Counted from the stretch's first letter, positions 24,726 to 34,467 are shown. The stretch is 64,000 bases of DNA from a virus (IMGVR_UViG_3300021387_000463:107001-171000), one strand, 5' to 3'. Notes: generated by a model from the sequence alone, not told the origin. Made by a program: numbers and translations.

Positions 24726-25052
24726 ATGAGAGACTTTACTTATAGTGGTTTCGAAAACCAAGAGGCATGTAACCATTTAAGAAATGGAGAAACTTGTAAG
24801 GTTACTGGTATTGGAAACTCTATGACTCCCATATTAAAGTCGAGGCAAGCAGTAATATGCGAACCAGTAAAAGATGATACTAAACTTAACAAACGAGACA
24901 TTGTACTTTGTAAAGTAAGGGGTCATCATTATTTGCATTTAATACATGCCATCAAGAATGATAATGAATACCTTATTGGTAATAATCATGGTCATATGAA
25001 TGGTTGGGTATCCAAAAAGCAAATCTATGGTAAAGTCGTAGAAGTTCTCTAA
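24726..25052 (+). CDS. S24-like peptidase paralog (108 aa)
   Basis: GNSMTPILKS...VLCKVRG; homologous to 263-685. Confidence 0.5.
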   Translation: MRDFTYSGFENQEACNHLRNGETCKVTGIGNSMTPILKSRQAVICEPVKDDTKLNKRDIVLCKVRGHHYLHLIHAIKNDNEYLIGNNHGHMNGWVSKKQIYGKVVEVL

Positions 25053-25106
25053 GGTCACAAAAGGCAAATTAGGGTTCGATTCCCTAGTGACTGACAATAT
25101 GTTTAT

Positions 25107-25179
25107 GGGCTGTATGGTGTAGTTGGCTAACACGACTCCCTTGCACGGAGTAATTGCGGTTCGAATCCGATATGGTCCA
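25107..25179 (+). tRNA. tRNA-Ala(TGC)-like second copy
   Basis: anticodon stem actcc/ggagt with loop cttgcac; acceptor gggctgt/atggtcc pairs with 3 G-U; weak T stem. Confidence 0.4.
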
Positions 25180-25616
25180 CTAAGGTTTGGAATAATGCTA
25201 CGATGAGTAGGTAGAGAGTTTCGTAGTGTGGCTCTACCAGTTTCCAAAACCTTAAACAATAAACTTACGATAGAGGCGTAGATATACAAGCGTGGGTACA
25301 TTTGTCGCAAGGGTACACACTAAGAAGAATGTAGATTGAGGTATGTAACAATGTCTATATAGTTCCACTAGCATATGGAATACTATCTCATTCGATGCTA
25401 CCTAATGGTGTGTGAAGCACTCTGTGAAGTTCCTATGAGTGGATGGGTAAAAATAAGTCTTCAGCAGAGAAAGCCAGATTCCTGATAAAGTATATCCGTA
25501 AGTTTTTAAACATTGCGAGTTAGACTGGAGGTAGTCCCAGCACGGTCTCATAAGCCGTTCTACGTGAGTGCAACTCTCACACTCGCTACAACACTAATGT
25601 TTTGTGAACATTATTA

Positions 25617-25677
25617 AGGAAGCTTACAGCAATGTAAAAAGACCGCAACTCTTGGCCTAAGACTAGCTTCCGATTTT
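25617..25677. repeat. TACAGCAA element, minimal copy (no tRNA body)
   Basis: ggaagcttacagcaa ... complementary agcttcc + gattttt. Confidence 0.4.
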
Positions 25678-25789
25678 TAATAACAATTTTAAAGTTTAAT
25701 TAATTATGAAGAAAATTAGTAATTGGTAGGGCTTTGACCAATTTTGGTAGCTGAGCACGATTCGTGGTCCTGATGTATTCTTAATTTGG

Positions 25790-26167
25790 ATGGGAAAAGT
25801 AGTGAATAAGTTAAAATCATTAGTTAATAACAAACAAATTAAAGAATATATTAATATGGAAAAGAAAATTTTTACAGAAAAGGAAACCACTAGAGAACAG
25901 TATCTTAAGTTTAAGGAATTCATTAAGTCAGACGCATATAAAGACCATTCTGACTATGTAGCTTACTACATTTTTAAACATCGTATCGAGGGTGCAGACC
26001 GTGACGCATATCTTGAGGATGAGGTTAGAAACCGTTGTTACAAGATGTTGCACAGTGGTCGTTGGGGTGTAAGCGGTGGTGACATGACCGAGAGTTATGT
26101 CATTCCAGCATTCAAGAACGCAGTAATCAAGGTGTATAACAAGTATGCAGACCCAACAGAAGAATAA
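25790..26167 (+). CDS. hypothetical protein (125 aa; start uncertain, internal Met at 25856)
   Basis: ORF. Confidence 0.45.
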   Translation: MGKVVNKLKSLVNNKQIKEYINMEKKIFTEKETTREQYLKFKEFIKSDAYKDHSDYVAYYIFKHRIEGADRDAYLEDEVRNRCYKMLHSGRWGVSGGDMTESYVIPAFKNAVIKVYNKYADPTEE

Positions 26168-26466
26168 TGGAGAAGAGAAAGTTATACGTTTTGATTGACA
26201 AGTCGCTCAAACCTGTGTACGGTTGCGTACAAGGTGGTCATGCAGTTGCGCAATGGATGCTAGAACATCCTCACAGTAGAGAGTGGCAAAATGATTATTT
26301 GATTTACTTAAGTGCTGATGTACCTAAGTGGAGGAGAAAGCTAGAAAGCTTAGATGTTGAGTACACAGAGTTCAAAGAACCTGACCTCGATTTCAAAGTA
26401 ACAGCTCTAGCAGTCTTCGGACACGAAGAGTTATTCAAAAGGTTGAAGGTTGTTACCGAAGACTAA
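26167..26466 (+). CDS. hypothetical protein (99 aa)
   Basis: ORF, TAATGG overlap. Confidence 0.5.
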   Translation: MEKRKLYVLIDKSLKPVYGCVQGGHAVAQWMLEHPHSREWQNDYLIYLSADVPKWRRKLESLDVEYTEFKEPDLDFKVTALAVFGHEELFKRLKVVTED

Positions 26467-26477
26467 CAACATACAAA

Positions 26478-26515
26478 AACGTCATAGGCTCTTGAGCTTG
26501 TGACGTTTTTTTGTT
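26478..26515 (+). terminator. rho-independent terminator
   Basis: cgtcataggctcttgagcttgtgacg hairpin + tttttttg. Confidence 0.5.
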
Positions 26516-26567
26516 TTTTTAATAATAAAAATTTGGTTATCTCAGATTTTTTTTGTATCTTTGCACT

Positions 26568-26813
26568 ATGAAGAAATTTTGGTTTTTGAACATAGTAATA
26601 ATATTTGTTACAGCATTAAGCTTCGTCAGTTGCGATGAGTGCGTTACTGACGATAAAGGTGTTGTTAGATGTGTCGAAACAACTGAGGGACATAATAACT
26701 ATGGTAAGAAATATAAGGTAGATATACGTATCAAATCTGGATACAACACATTTGATTATACTTTATATACCAATAAATCATATCGTGTAGGAGATTCAGT
26801 TTATATCAAATGA
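26568..26813 (+). CDS. small lipoprotein (81 aa)
   Basis: signal peptide + lipobox FVSC; start right after the -7 box. Confidence 0.5.
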   Translation: MKKFWFLNIVIIFVTALSFVSCDECVTDDKGVVRCVETTEGHNNYGKKYKVDIRIKSGYNTFDYTLYTNKSYRVGDSVYIK

Positions 26814-27130
26814 GAAAAGCAATAGATTTAAAAGTAGGTGAGGAAGTGATTTATCTCTATGCACATCAAGAGATAAAGACATCTACTGTTGTTGAGAAGC
26901 CTATAGATAACAATGAAAGACCAAAGTTTATGGTTGGTAGAATTGACCTTGCTAATGGTGATTATCTCATTCGTGGTGCATCGACAATATATGATTCAGT
27001 TGAAGAGGCAAAAGAAGAGTTGATAAAGAAACTTGAGGAACTAATAGAAACATATGAAGGTAAGAAAGATTTTATTGAGGCATCTATTTGTATCTTTAAG
27101 TCAAAAATTAGAAGTCTAAAGGGAGAATAA
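26810..27130 (+). CDS. hypothetical protein (106 aa)
   Basis: ORF, ATGA overlap. Confidence 0.5.
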   Translation: MRKAIDLKVGEEVIYLYAHQEIKTSTVVEKPIDNNERPKFMVGRIDLANGDYLIRGASTIYDSVEEAKEELIKKLEELIETYEGKKDFIEASICIFKSKIRSLKGE

Positions 27131-27141
27131 TCAATTAATAT

Positions 27142-27226
27142 GGGCATATGGCTGAGTGGTCGATAGCGGCAGTCTCTAAAACTGTTATGGCGAAAGTCAT
27201 CGTGGGTTCGAATCCTACTATGCTCA
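27142..27226 (+). tRNA. amber suppressor tRNA, anticodon CTA, type II (Ser/Leu/Tyr-like body)
   Basis: acceptor gggcata/tatgctc all paired; D arm tg-gctg-agtggtcgata-gcgg; anticodon stem gcagt/actgt with loop ctctaaa at the expected position; long variable arm; T arm gtggg/ttcgaat/cctac. Confidence 0.5.
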
Positions 27227-27454
27227 CTACGGCTGGTGTATCCATAGTGGATGCTGAAATAAGTGAGACAGCGCAAGCCATGTAAGAAGTGGCAGATGAA
27301 GCAGCAATGCGGTGCGAGGATTAGTCCCTTGCCCTAGTTCCTTGATGGTTAAGAGGATACCTTCATGGTTGATACAGGTAAACCTAATTTACTATTATGA
27401 TAGAATATCTCAAAAAATTAGAAGCAACGATGTGCAAGCATAAATGGGAGGATT

Positions 27455-27685
27455 ATGGATATGAAGTTGGTAATCCTTTCGTTAAGATGTATCGTTGTAA
27501 AAAGTGTGGGGAAGTTAAAAGAGTTAATGTTGACCCTTGGTGATATGGCAAGCGAAAATAAAAAGAAAAAAGGAAAGAACTCTTATTTGGCAAAAGCCAA
27601 TAAGACTACTGACAAGTTGAAGAGAATTAACTTCTACAACAAGGTGAATAGAGCCGAGAACAAGTGTAAGGTTAATGAGTGTTAA
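27455..27685 (+). CDS. small Lys-rich protein (76 aa); an alternative 37-aa zinc-ribbon frame starts at 27431
   Basis: ORF; frame choice ambiguous. Confidence 0.35.
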   Translation: MDMKLVILSLRCIVVKSVGKLKELMLTLGDMASENKKKKGKNSYLAKANKTTDKLKRINFYNKVNRAENKCKVNEC

Positions 27686-27720
27686 AGTTGAATTAATCAT
27701 TTGGTTAGTTCAACTTTTTT
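27684..27720 (+). terminator. terminator hairpin + T-run, doubling as the spacer of the next promoter
   Basis: agttgaa-ttaatcatttggttag-ttcaact + tttttttcg, then tatctttaca. Confidence 0.45.
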
Positions 27721-27757
27721 TCGTATCTTTACATCAGAAATTTAAAAACAAGGAAAT

Positions 27758-28243
27758 ATGAAGAAAGGAATTTTATTTGTATTTGTTTCAGTGGTAATGT
27801 GTCTAACATCTTGTAATCATGATGTTATTATGGCTGATTTCATGTATGCATTTTGTGATTATGAGTGTAGGGAGAGCCAAGTCAATTGTGAGTGCATCCA
27901 AAAGGTATATGATACAAAGGGTGGGTATAGACCAAATGCAAAGGAACTGAGTGATTCACTTACCTATGTTTTCGAGAATATTGCAACTGAGTGCTTTGAC
28001 TCGCTGTATATCAAGTATGGTGATGCCATAGTGAAGAAGTTGGTATATAGGCAAAACGGTATTGTTCTTGAGAATAAGGAAATGTTGCATAAGTTCTACG
28101 TCAATAAATCCGTATCAAAGATAATGAACAACGTAGCTTTGCAGATTAAGACACAGACCATCCTTAACCCTTCTGAAGAGGATAAACTAGAGGAAATCAG
28201 AGAGGCTTTCGGAGAAGGTGGGTATAATTATTACAGTGACTAG
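27758..28243 (+). CDS. lipoprotein (161 aa)
   Basis: signal peptide MKKGILFVFVSVVMCLTSC, lipobox LTSC. Confidence 0.55.
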   Translation: MKKGILFVFVSVVMCLTSCNHDVIMADFMYAFCDYECRESQVNCECIQKVYDTKGGYRPNAKELSDSLTYVFENIATECFDSLYIKYGDAIVKKLVYRQNGIVLENKEMLHKFYVNKSVSKIMNNVALQIKTQTILNPSEEDKLEEIREAFGEGGYNYYSD

Positions 28244-28336
28244 ACTGTTAATGTCCTATAATTAATGTTAATATTGAGGAAGGTATTTGCCTTTCTCAAT
28301 TTTTTTTAATATATTTGCCTAAAATATTGTTTAATC

Positions 28337-28726
28337 ATGAAATGCGTAGAATATAAGATTGTAAACAGTTTCGAGGAAGCCATAAGTAAGAGGGGTATTT
28401 TTTTCGAAGTACTCATTCTTAGTAATAATGGATATGGGGTTAGGAGACGTTTGATGACAGCAAAGTATCAAAATCATGACCGTAAGTATCTCACAGTAAC
28501 CATATATGACAAGTGGGGTAGATGGTTGAATGATTTCAGCATTTATGTGAAGCGTGATAATGACCAAGATAATGATGTTAAAAACAATGTATTGCATTAT
28601 TATGGAGGTATGTTAACCACATCTAGGGACTACGCATATACTTATGTAATGGGCGTATTAAAAAACAAGATGGCAGACTTAAGGCGTAAAGCCAATCAAT
28701 TACATGAAACCGTATACTCGATATAA
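28337..28726 (+). CDS. hypothetical protein (129 aa)
   Basis: ORF. Confidence 0.5.
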   Translation: MKCVEYKIVNSFEEAISKRGIFFEVLILSNNGYGVRRRLMTAKYQNHDRKYLTVTIYDKWGRWLNDFSIYVKRDNDQDNDVKNNVLHYYGGMLTTSRDYAYTYVMGVLKNKMADLRRKANQLHETVYSI

Positions 28727-28729
28727 AAG

Positions 28730-29158
28730 ATGGCAAAAGAGAAAGTTACAATAAAGTATAAAACAGCTAATACATTTGCTGACATCTTCAATGATAAGAG
28801 TGGCACCTTCTATGAGGTGTTCTTAAAACCAACAAAGGGAAATACAGTTAAGAGATATTTGGCTATGGGAACAATAAGTTCTTATGGTGATAGAAGATGT
28901 GTATGCCAATGCTACTCAAAGGTTGGACGACCAGTTTTTAGTTGGTACAATGGCATAAAATCTTTTGAAGTCAATAAGGATGCTGAGAAAGGTTTAGAGA
29001 TAACATCTGCAAAGGTTCAGTGCGACTATCACCTTTACACGGCATATGTCTCAAGGGAAGATGCTTTTCATGCAGCCATGCATGGTCTTAAGTTACAGAA
29101 ACTTAAGATTAACAAGCAAATTATCAAGTTACAGAACGATTTATATTCAGAAGAATAA
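28730..29158 (+). CDS. hypothetical protein (142 aa)
   Basis: ORF. Confidence 0.5.
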   Translation: MAKEKVTIKYKTANTFADIFNDKSGTFYEVFLKPTKGNTVKRYLAMGTISSYGDRRCVCQCYSKVGRPVFSWYNGIKSFEVNKDAEKGLEITSAKVQCDYHLYTAYVSREDAFHAAMHGLKLQKLKINKQIIKLQNDLYSEE

Positions 29159-29649
29159 TGGAGATAGAAGAATTAGCAAAGAGAGTGGCAATAGCCTTAA
29201 TGGATAAGAACTATAAGATTGCTACTGCTGAAGAATGTACAGCTGGGTTGATTGGTGCTGCAATTGCAAGCCAAGACTATGCTCAGAGGTGGTACAAGGG
29301 TACAGTTGTGGCATACGATGAAACAATCGCTTGCAAGGTTCTTGATGTCCAAGACTATACCATTAAGAGAAATGACTTTGTTAGTCCTCAAGTGGTTAGT
29401 CAGATGGCTTTGACAACACTGTATAAGTTTGATGTTAACGTAGCCCTTGCTATCACTGGTTATGTAGATGGATATGGAAGCACGGATATTCCAGCTGGTG
29501 ATGTTCAAATATGTGTTGCTAGACTTGTCAACAAATCAGTGTCATTTAGCTATAAGAAGGTAAGAGTTAAGAACAAAGAGAGAGGTAAGAACATTGAGGA
29601 AGCAATCAAGGAGTCTCTTATCCTCATAATGGAAACAATAGTAGGGTAG
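29158..29649 (+). CDS. pncC: CinA C-terminal domain protein / NMN deamidase (PncC-like)
   Basis: KIATAEECTAGLIGAAIAS matches the conserved CinA_C block (..ATAESCTGGL..). Confidence 0.55.
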   Translation: MEIEELAKRVAIALMDKNYKIATAEECTAGLIGAAIASQDYAQRWYKGTVVAYDETIACKVLDVQDYTIKRNDFVSPQVVSQMALTTLYKFDVNVALAITGYVDGYGSTDIPAGDVQICVARLVNKSVSFSYKKVRVKNKERGKNIEEAIKESLILIMETIVG

Positions 29650-29651
29650 AT

Positions 29652-30035
29652 ATGGAAAAATGTCCGTTTTGTGAAATAGAAAAAAGAATTGATGAATCTA
29701 GAATCATTTATCAAGATTCGACTTGGATTGCGATATTAGACAATTATCCAGTGTCAGAAGGTCATACTCTCTTAATACCAAAGAGACACTGTAAAAGCTA
29801 TTTCGATTTAAATTTTATTGAACTTGAGAGTGTCGGTGTTACAATTGGTATTGTTAAGAGAATATTAGACACAAAGTATAAGCCAGATGGTTATAACATT
29901 GGAATAAATTGTGGCGAGGCTGCTGGTCAAACCGTTATGCATTGTCACATCCATATTATACCTCGTTATAATGGGGACTGTGAAAATCCTAGAGGTGGCG
30001 TAAGGAGAGTAATTCCAGAGAAACAGCATTACTAA
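29652..30035 (+). CDS. HIT-family hydrolase
   Basis: histidine triad HCHIHIIPR; SEGHTLLIPKRH. Confidence 0.6.
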   Translation: MEKCPFCEIEKRIDESRIIYQDSTWIAILDNYPVSEGHTLLIPKRHCKSYFDLNFIELESVGVTIGIVKRILDTKYKPDGYNIGINCGEAAGQTVMHCHIHIIPRYNGDCENPRGGVRRVIPEKQHY

Positions 30036-30403
30036 TGAAACGCATATTGATATTATTCTTATTAGCTCTGACTCTTGGGACAGTAAATGCCACTGAAAAT
30101 ACTGTGAAGCCATTTACTGAATCTTGTGTTAAAATCGGATATAAACTTGATGAGTTTAGTCCAACAAAACAAGAAAAGAGGGTGGAAAAAAAGGAGGAAG
30201 CTAAAACTGAAGAAACGGAAGGACTTACTCCAGAGGAAAAGAGAAAAATTAAAGAGGCATTTAAGCATTTTGGGGTATCTTTCTTGGAAGCTTTTGTGTT
30301 TTGTCTCATGTGTGGTATTGCTTGCTTTATAGTAATGGTTGGATATTTCATTATCTTACGTATTATCATAAATTTACAGCACAAATATGCTAAAAAAGGT
30401 TAA
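30035..30403 (+). CDS. secreted/membrane protein with KE-rich linker (122 aa)
   Basis: signal peptide, C-terminal TM. Confidence 0.5.
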   Translation: MKRILILFLLALTLGTVNATENTVKPFTESCVKIGYKLDEFSPTKQEKRVEKKEEAKTEETEGLTPEEKRKIKEAFKHFGVSFLEAFVFCLMCGIACFIVMVGYFIILRIIINLQHKYAKKG

Positions 30404-30449
30404 CAAATTTTGATGTTTCAAGTATTTTTCGTATATTTGCATCGAAATC

Positions 30450-30523
30450 GGACTTGTAGCTCAGTTGGTTAGAGCAACAGACTCATAATCTGGAGGTCGT
30501 GGGTTCAAGCCCCTCCGAGTCCA
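30450..30523 (+). tRNA. tRNA-Met(CAT) (elongator or Ile2-type)
   Basis: loop ctcataa; canonical D arm ta-gctc-agttggtta-gagc; acceptor ggacttg/cgagtcc. Confidence 0.6.
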
Positions 30524-30647
30524 CAACACATAGACATTGTAAACAGAGCAAGATGGTAATAGGCCGTTACTCTCTTGAAGTTCGTTAACTTTGAAGTGTG
30601 TTCTAGGTATACTTAGGCTTCGTTTGTTGGGCGTTATCAGCAAACAT

Positions 30648-30723
30648 TGCGGAGTGGCGCAGTTGGCTAGCGTACTAGGGGTACATGTCCTAGGGGTCAG
30701 TGGTTCGAGTCCACTCTCCGCTA
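30648..30723 (+). tRNA. tRNA-like with unpaired 1-72 (initiator-like); anticodon loop contains acaug (CAT or ACA)
   Basis: T arm agtgg/ttcgagt/ccact perfect; acceptor tgcggag/ctccgct with 1:72 mismatch; tg-gcgc-agttggcta-gcgt D arm; anticodon stem register ambiguous. Confidence 0.35.
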
Positions 30724-30765
30724 CAACTAATATAAAATAAGTAAACTAATATAAAATAAGTAATT

Positions 30766-31149
30766 ATGAATTTTGCAGAAATTGACAGATTAAAGGGTAA
30801 GGATATTACGTTTGAGGAGTTTTACAAAGCACCTTACAAGCAAGATTCATTCTGCCCTATTTACGGATTCAGTTCGAATGGTATGAAGTGCTTCAGTGCT
30901 TTCACTGATAAGGCACAAGATGAACTTGCCAATATAATCAAACTCTTGAATGGTGAGGGTGGCAAAAAATACGACAAGAAAGACGTTGTAGTTGACAAAG
31001 CCGAACTTTATATCAAGGGTAATTTCATCCTTGTTCGTGGATGGGGAGAGTTAACTGGTAATGGAGCTTTGGCTCTACCAATTGACAAGGCATCTAAGAT
31101 ACAGAATGACTTCATTGATTGGATTGTCAAGACAATTACAAAGGATTAA
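30766..31149 (+). CDS. hypothetical protein (127 aa)
   Basis: ORF. Confidence 0.5.
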   Translation: MNFAEIDRLKGKDITFEEFYKAPYKQDSFCPIYGFSSNGMKCFSAFTDKAQDELANIIKLLNGEGGKKYDKKDVVVDKAELYIKGNFILVRGWGELTGNGALALPIDKASKIQNDFIDWIVKTITKD

Positions 31150-31226
31150 CAAGAATTAACGAAAATAATTTGGTTATATCAAATAAATTTCATATCTTTG
31201 CACCGAAATCCAAAAATAAAATAGAT

Positions 31227-31571
31227 ATGAACAACAACAACAATAATAAGATTGATAGAGCTATCGATGTTTTGAGAACTCTTCATAAAGTAGTTTTGGC
31301 TGAAGAAAATGGAAGTGCAGAACACGTTTCTGAATATTTTTCTTCTAAAGAGATTAGTAGAGTAATAAATGAACTTGGAGGGTGTATCGAATCCAATTTG
31401 TCTAATGCTGAAATAGAAGAAGCAGTTAATGACTTTGTTTCAGAGAACAAGGGTAAGACACTTGAAGAACTTCTAAAAATATCTAAGGGTTGGGTTGCTG
31501 ATTCAGACTTAAATAAAGCTGCAAGAAGTGGTTTTTACAATCGTTTGATGAAAAAGTTCCCCAAAAAATAG
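31227..31571 (+). CDS. hypothetical protein (start trimmed to the Met after the promoter)
   Basis: -7 box at ~31190; MNNNNNNKIDRAI. Confidence 0.5.
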   Translation: MNNNNNNKIDRAIDVLRTLHKVVLAEENGSAEHVSEYFSSKEISRVINELGGCIESNLSNAEIEEAVNDFVSENKGKTLEELLKISKGWVADSDLNKAARSGFYNRLMKKFPKK

Positions 31572-31598
31572 AAATTATTAACTTTTAAAATAAAGAAT

Positions 31599-32432
31599 AT
31601 GAAGAAGTTTTTAACAATGTTTTCATTCGTCATTATGTTGACGATGAGTATGACAATGACCTCTTGTATTGGCTGTACCACAGTTAATGCTGACGAGGAG
31701 ACAGTTCTGATTGACAAGCCTTGGTTCTTGGGTCATGGTGGCGTACAGAATGAGCCAGTTGAGACTGGTCTTGAGTGGATTTGGTGGTCTACTGACACAG
31801 AGACTTTCAAGATTGTACCTTTCAAGCATCAAGTAGACATGGATGACTTGTTCAGTGATGACAATACTCCGTTGGACTTCCATACCATTATCATCACACA
31901 GATTCAGAAGGGTAAGTCACCAATTCTCTTGCAGAACTACGGTACTGATTGGTTCAACACAAACCTTTACAACTACTACTGTAATCTTGTGCGAGACCAT
32001 ATCTCACAGCACAGTCCCTTTGACCTCATGTCCAATCGAGCGATTCTGAATGAGATTGATACAAAGGTACTCAAGCAGATGCGGAGCTATGTAGCAGAGT
32101 TGTCCAAGGAGAAGGAGTTCCCTGTAACGATTCGTCAGGTAACGATTGGTAAGGCAATTCCTAATAAGGAGCAGCTTGCGGAAATGAATAAGACAGCGAA
32201 GGCAGTGCAAGCAAAGCAGACTCAAGAGCGACAGGTTGAGGTTGAGTTAGCTCGTGAGAAAGCTGAACGTCAGAGGGCAAAGGCTGATAAGGCTTATCGA
32301 GAGGAACTTGGTCTTAGTACGCAAGACTTCATTAGTCTGAAGTGGATTGAGACTATTGCAGCTAAGAATGGCGCAAATATTGATGTGATGGTTGGTGGTG
32401 GTTCTACCCCAATGTGGAACATCAAGCATTAA
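31599..32432 (+). CDS. lipoprotein (277 aa) with C-terminal coiled/charged region
   Basis: signal peptide + lipobox MTSC; ...QVEVELAREKAERQRAKADKAYREE. Confidence 0.5.
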   Translation: MKKFLTMFSFVIMLTMSMTMTSCIGCTTVNADEETVLIDKPWFLGHGGVQNEPVETGLEWIWWSTDTETFKIVPFKHQVDMDDLFSDDNTPLDFHTIIITQIQKGKSPILLQNYGTDWFNTNLYNYYCNLVRDHISQHSPFDLMSNRAILNEIDTKVLKQMRSYVAELSKEKEFPVTIRQVTIGKAIPNKEQLAEMNKTAKAVQAKQTQERQVEVELAREKAERQRAKADKAYREELGLSTQDFISLKWIETIAAKNGANIDVMVGGGSTPMWNIKH

Positions 32433-32640
32433 CGATACAAGGATGGGCGAGTTTTCCTTTTTTTAAACAGATATTGAGGGTATGGTGTCTGTTAAACTCG
32501 CAGATTGGCTTGTCTTAAGAAGCTGAGTGGGTTGTCGGAATTCGGCTCTGTGGGGTAAATTAAACCGTCTCGTTGGCTGAGTACAGCCGTTGCTTTTAGG
32601 GGAAGTGAGCAACGCTAGCAAAATCATTTCCCCTTTTTAT

Positions 32641-32712
32641 ATCTCCTTCGTCTATCGGTTAGGACACGTGGCATCGCAAGTCGGAAGAGAGGTTCGATTC
32701 CTCTAGGAGATT
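32641..32712 (+). tRNA. tRNA-like (72 nt), anticodon arm irregular (loop caucgca)
   Basis: perfect acceptor atctcct/aggagat; T arm agagg/ttcgatt/cctct; D arm tc-gtc-tatcggttag-gac. Confidence 0.35.
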
Positions 32713-33069
32713 CAATAAAGTGATTTGGCATAATTTAAGGTAAATACTGCATGTGAAGTAAGCCATGTGGGATAGTGGTTTCAAATCCACTTGCACCATT
32801 GGAGACGATGGGTTCACAAACAATATAATTAGCTGTTGCGGACGTAATTTGATAAAGGTCTACCACAGGGCAGAGAAAGCAATAGGAGATAATTACGTAA
32901 TAAGACCTATGGGCGTACTCAGTTAAGAGGGGATAATGGTTAAAACTAGCCTGCCCCTAGCAGCTAATTTACCAAAAGTCATGGTGGTGTAGCACGTGAT
33001 ACTCAATAAGACTTCGGTTAACCATCATAGTTCGTGAGACATACGTATATCGTTTATAGCGAACAAACT

Positions 33070-33208
33070 GTGCGGTTCGTCTAGTGGTTTAGGACAACGT
33101 TTAAAAAAGTTTTTTAACGTTTCCGTTAGGAAATAGACAGCAGATGTATTATTGAAAAATTATGCATTCCAAGCCGTAAACAGAGGTTCGAATCCTTTAC
33201 CGCACTCT
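33070..33208 (+). tRNA. oversized tRNA-like gene (139 nt), paralog of 32641 with ~85-nt insertion
   Basis: perfect acceptor gtgcggt/accgcac; same D arm tc-gtc-tagtggtttag-gac; insertion has the palindrome aacgtttaaaaaagttttttaacgtt and hairpin tttcc-gtta-ggaaa followed by TAGACAGCAG. Confidence 0.3.
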
Positions 33209-33228
33209 AATCATTTATTTTATTAATA

Positions 33229-34200
33229 ATGGCAGAATTAACAGACATCTTTAGTGCAATGACAGCCAACGAGACCATCGAAGTTGCCAAAGAGCAAAAG
33301 AATCCGAAGAAACTCTACAAGGAGTTTTGGTTTGAGAACGAGGTGTGCTGCTTATTTGCAGATGCTAATGTCGGTAAGAGTATCCTTGCCGTACAGATTA
33401 GCAATGCCATTGCTGAAAAACTACCAAAGGATGAATACATATTATATTATGACTTTGAGTTAAGTAAGAAGCAGTTTGAGCTTCGTTACACTGACGAGAA
33501 GAATAAGAGTACTTTCAAGTTCAATGATAGGTTCATCCGAGTGGAGCTTAACGCTGATAAGGTGAAAGAATATTGTGAGACCACAAAGGCTAGTTTTGAT
33601 GACATCATCATGGATGCAATCGAAGCCAACATCAAGAAATACAACTCGAAGATTCTGATTGTTGATAACCTCAGTTGGTTGGTCAATATGAAAGATACCG
33701 CCACTACTGCTGGTAAACTCATGCAGAAACTTTGTACAATTAAGAAGAAATATGGTGCTAGCATCTTAGTTCTTTCTCATACACCGAAGAGAAACTTGGG
33801 TTCTCCGTTGACTCAGAACAGTTTGAGTGGTAGCAAGAAATTGACTAATTTCTTTGATGCGATGTTCGCAGTTGGAATGAGTATCAAAGACCCTTCAGTT
33901 AGATACATCAAGCAGATTAAGGTGCGTACTGGTGAGTTCAAGTATGGTGCTAACCATGTTTACCTCTGCAAGATTGAGAAGAGTGGTAGTTTCTTAGGAT
34001 TTACTCATATTGGTTTCTCTAGTGAGGATGAACAACTCAAGAAAGAGACTGTTTCTAGAGCTACAAAGGCTGTAAAGGCTCATAAGGTAAAGAGAGGTCG
34101 TAAATCTAGAAGAATGTATCGCAGTGAGTTAGCAGCAGCACAGATAGACTTGGTAAGTCAGATGGCAGATGAAGCTTTTGATATTTTTTACAAAAGTTAA
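33229..34200 (+). CDS. RecA-like P-loop ATPase (AAA_25/DnaB-like fold)
   Basis: Walker A ADANVGKS; Walker B ILIVDNLSWL; LVLSHTPK. Confidence 0.5.
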   Translation: MAELTDIFSAMTANETIEVAKEQKNPKKLYKEFWFENEVCCLFADANVGKSILAVQISNAIAEKLPKDEYILYYDFELSKKQFELRYTDEKNKSTFKFNDRFIRVELNADKVKEYCETTKASFDDIIMDAIEANIKKYNSKILIVDNLSWLVNMKDTATTAGKLMQKLCTIKKKYGASILVLSHTPKRNLGSPLTQNSLSGSKKLTNFFDAMFAVGMSIKDPSVRYIKQIKVRTGEFKYGANHVYLCKIEKSGSFLGFTHIGFSSEDEQLKKETVSRATKAVKAHKVKRGRKSRRMYRSELAAAQIDLVSQMADEAFDIFYKS

Positions 34201-34467
34201 CATTTAAAATTTGGAAATTACAAAAATTACCTATATCTTTGCACTGTCAATAAGACAATAAAACAGTATTATTAATAACACATTATCTAATACTATGATA
34301 AACACACAAAGAAAAATCCTTAAGAGATTTTAACAAAAAAAACTTCTCAAAAATTTGGAAATCACAAAAAAAGGATATATCTTTGCAATGTCAAACAGAG
34401 ACAACAAACAAACAACAAACAAATAACATTTATAGTTCACATTATTAACTTTTAAAACTTAAACAAA

